NCBI GenBank assembly: GCA_030639005.1
Contig: DAOWDN010000013.1
Location: 13,453 to 77,452, forward strand
From: Bacteroidia bacterium
Lineage (GTDB): Bacteria; Bacteroidota; Bacteroidia; Bacteroidales; GCA-2748055
Direction: 5' to 3'
Length of the DNA stretch: 64,000 nucleotides
Shown here: piece after piece, positions 63,757-64,000 of the stretch
Layout of the letters: every line of letters begins with the position of its first letter
How positions within the stretch are numbered: position 1 is the stretch's first letter
The notes under the pieces: generated by a model
The model's input: only the letters and a program-made list of their open reading frames with translations
The model's database searches: none
Told to the model about the DNA's origin: nothing
Program-made: the position numbers and the translations under genes

Positions 63757-64000
63757 GTGGAGATTGAAATAAGAGATATAGATGCGATGGTGGAGGAACT
63801 GGGAGGCGGGCAGAGCTCTGTCATACCCATTCTGCAAGCCATCCAGGAGCGGTACAACTACCTGCCCGAAGAGGCATTGCGCAGGGTGTGTGAGATTTCT
63901 GAGATCACCGCGGCTCAGATAGTGGGGGTAGCCAGTTTCTATTCCCAGTTCAGGTTTACCCCGGCCGGTGACCACATGATCAAGGTATGTGTGGGCACTG
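63757..64000 (+). CDS. NuoE/HoxE-like [2Fe-2S] thioredoxin-fold subunit of an NADH-linked oxidoreductase/hydrogenase; 3' end outside the window
   Basis: Hand translation gives VEIEIRDIDAMVEELGGGQSSVIPILQAIQERYNYLPEEALRRVCEISEITAAQIVGVASFYSQFRFTPAGDHMIKVCVGT. This is the characteristic NuoE block ending in the first cluster Cys (VCxGT). The start may be GTG 63757 or ATG 63787. Confidence 0.75.
   Translation, partial: MEIEIRDIDAMVEELGGGQSSVIPILQAIQERYNYLPEEALRRVCEISEITAAQIVGVASFYSQFRFTPAGDHMIKVCVGT

Noticed and set aside
63565-63975. A 136-aa minus-strand ORF spanning the end of paralogue 5, the intergenic hairpins and the start of the NuoE-like gene.
   Set aside because: It is antisense to two well-supported genes and runs through a terminator-like hairpin. 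No motif was recognised.
1-64000. A search by eye for CRISPR arrays, tRNA/rRNA genes, IS elements with terminal inverted repeats, and toxin-antitoxin pairs.
   Set aside because: I saw no regularly spaced 25-40-bp repeats, no cloverleaf-like or rRNA-like non-coding stretch and no transposase-like ORF. All gaps over 100 nt were inspected, and covariance-model scans would be needed for certainty.

Overview
This is a densely coding 64-kb chromosomal segment with about 55 protein genes on both strands. GC content is roughly 47-52 % by eye, except for one AT-rich island at about 27.4-28.9 kb. The gene content points to a Bacteroidota genome: a GWxTD protein, DUF3127, an ECF sigma/FecR/TonB-receptor triad, an FtsX-type permease next to a sigma-54 activator, GH109, GH2, a sulfatase, and TAnnTTTG promoter-like boxes. 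Finer taxonomy cannot be read from the sequence. I recognised no rRNA, tRNA, CRISPR array or intact transposon. The first 53 kb carries RNA-modification genes (rlmD, rlmB, mnmD-like, ttcA-like), transporters, four two-component or sigma-factor signalling units, and a hexosamine-salvage-like cluster around a GH109 gene. The most unusual part is a nine-gene co-directional cluster at 53.4-63.7 kb. It holds three secreted and two membrane-anchored PQQ-like/BamB-type beta-propeller paralogues, a membrane-anchored NHL-repeat propeller, a 70-aa twin-arginine four-cysteine peptide, a twin-arginine NapG/MauM-like poly-[4Fe-4S] ferredoxin and a NapH/MauN-like membrane polyferredoxin. No known catalytic client (molybdoenzyme, haem c, copper protein) is present. 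A LytS/LytTR two-component system precedes the cluster and a NuoE-like gene follows it. I could not match this combination to any system I know, and I rank it as the best candidate for an undescribed periplasmic redox system. Secondary items: a near-consensus sigma-54 promoter that relocates the FtsX permease start; a TPR-CHAT protein with an abrupt intragenic GC drop, lying next to a possible double-glycine leader peptide gene; an integrase-like protein with no catalytic tyrosine; and a shared AAAGTC/AAAGCT repeat at two gene junctions of the propeller cluster. All functional calls rest on motif recognition by eye, and no database search was run.
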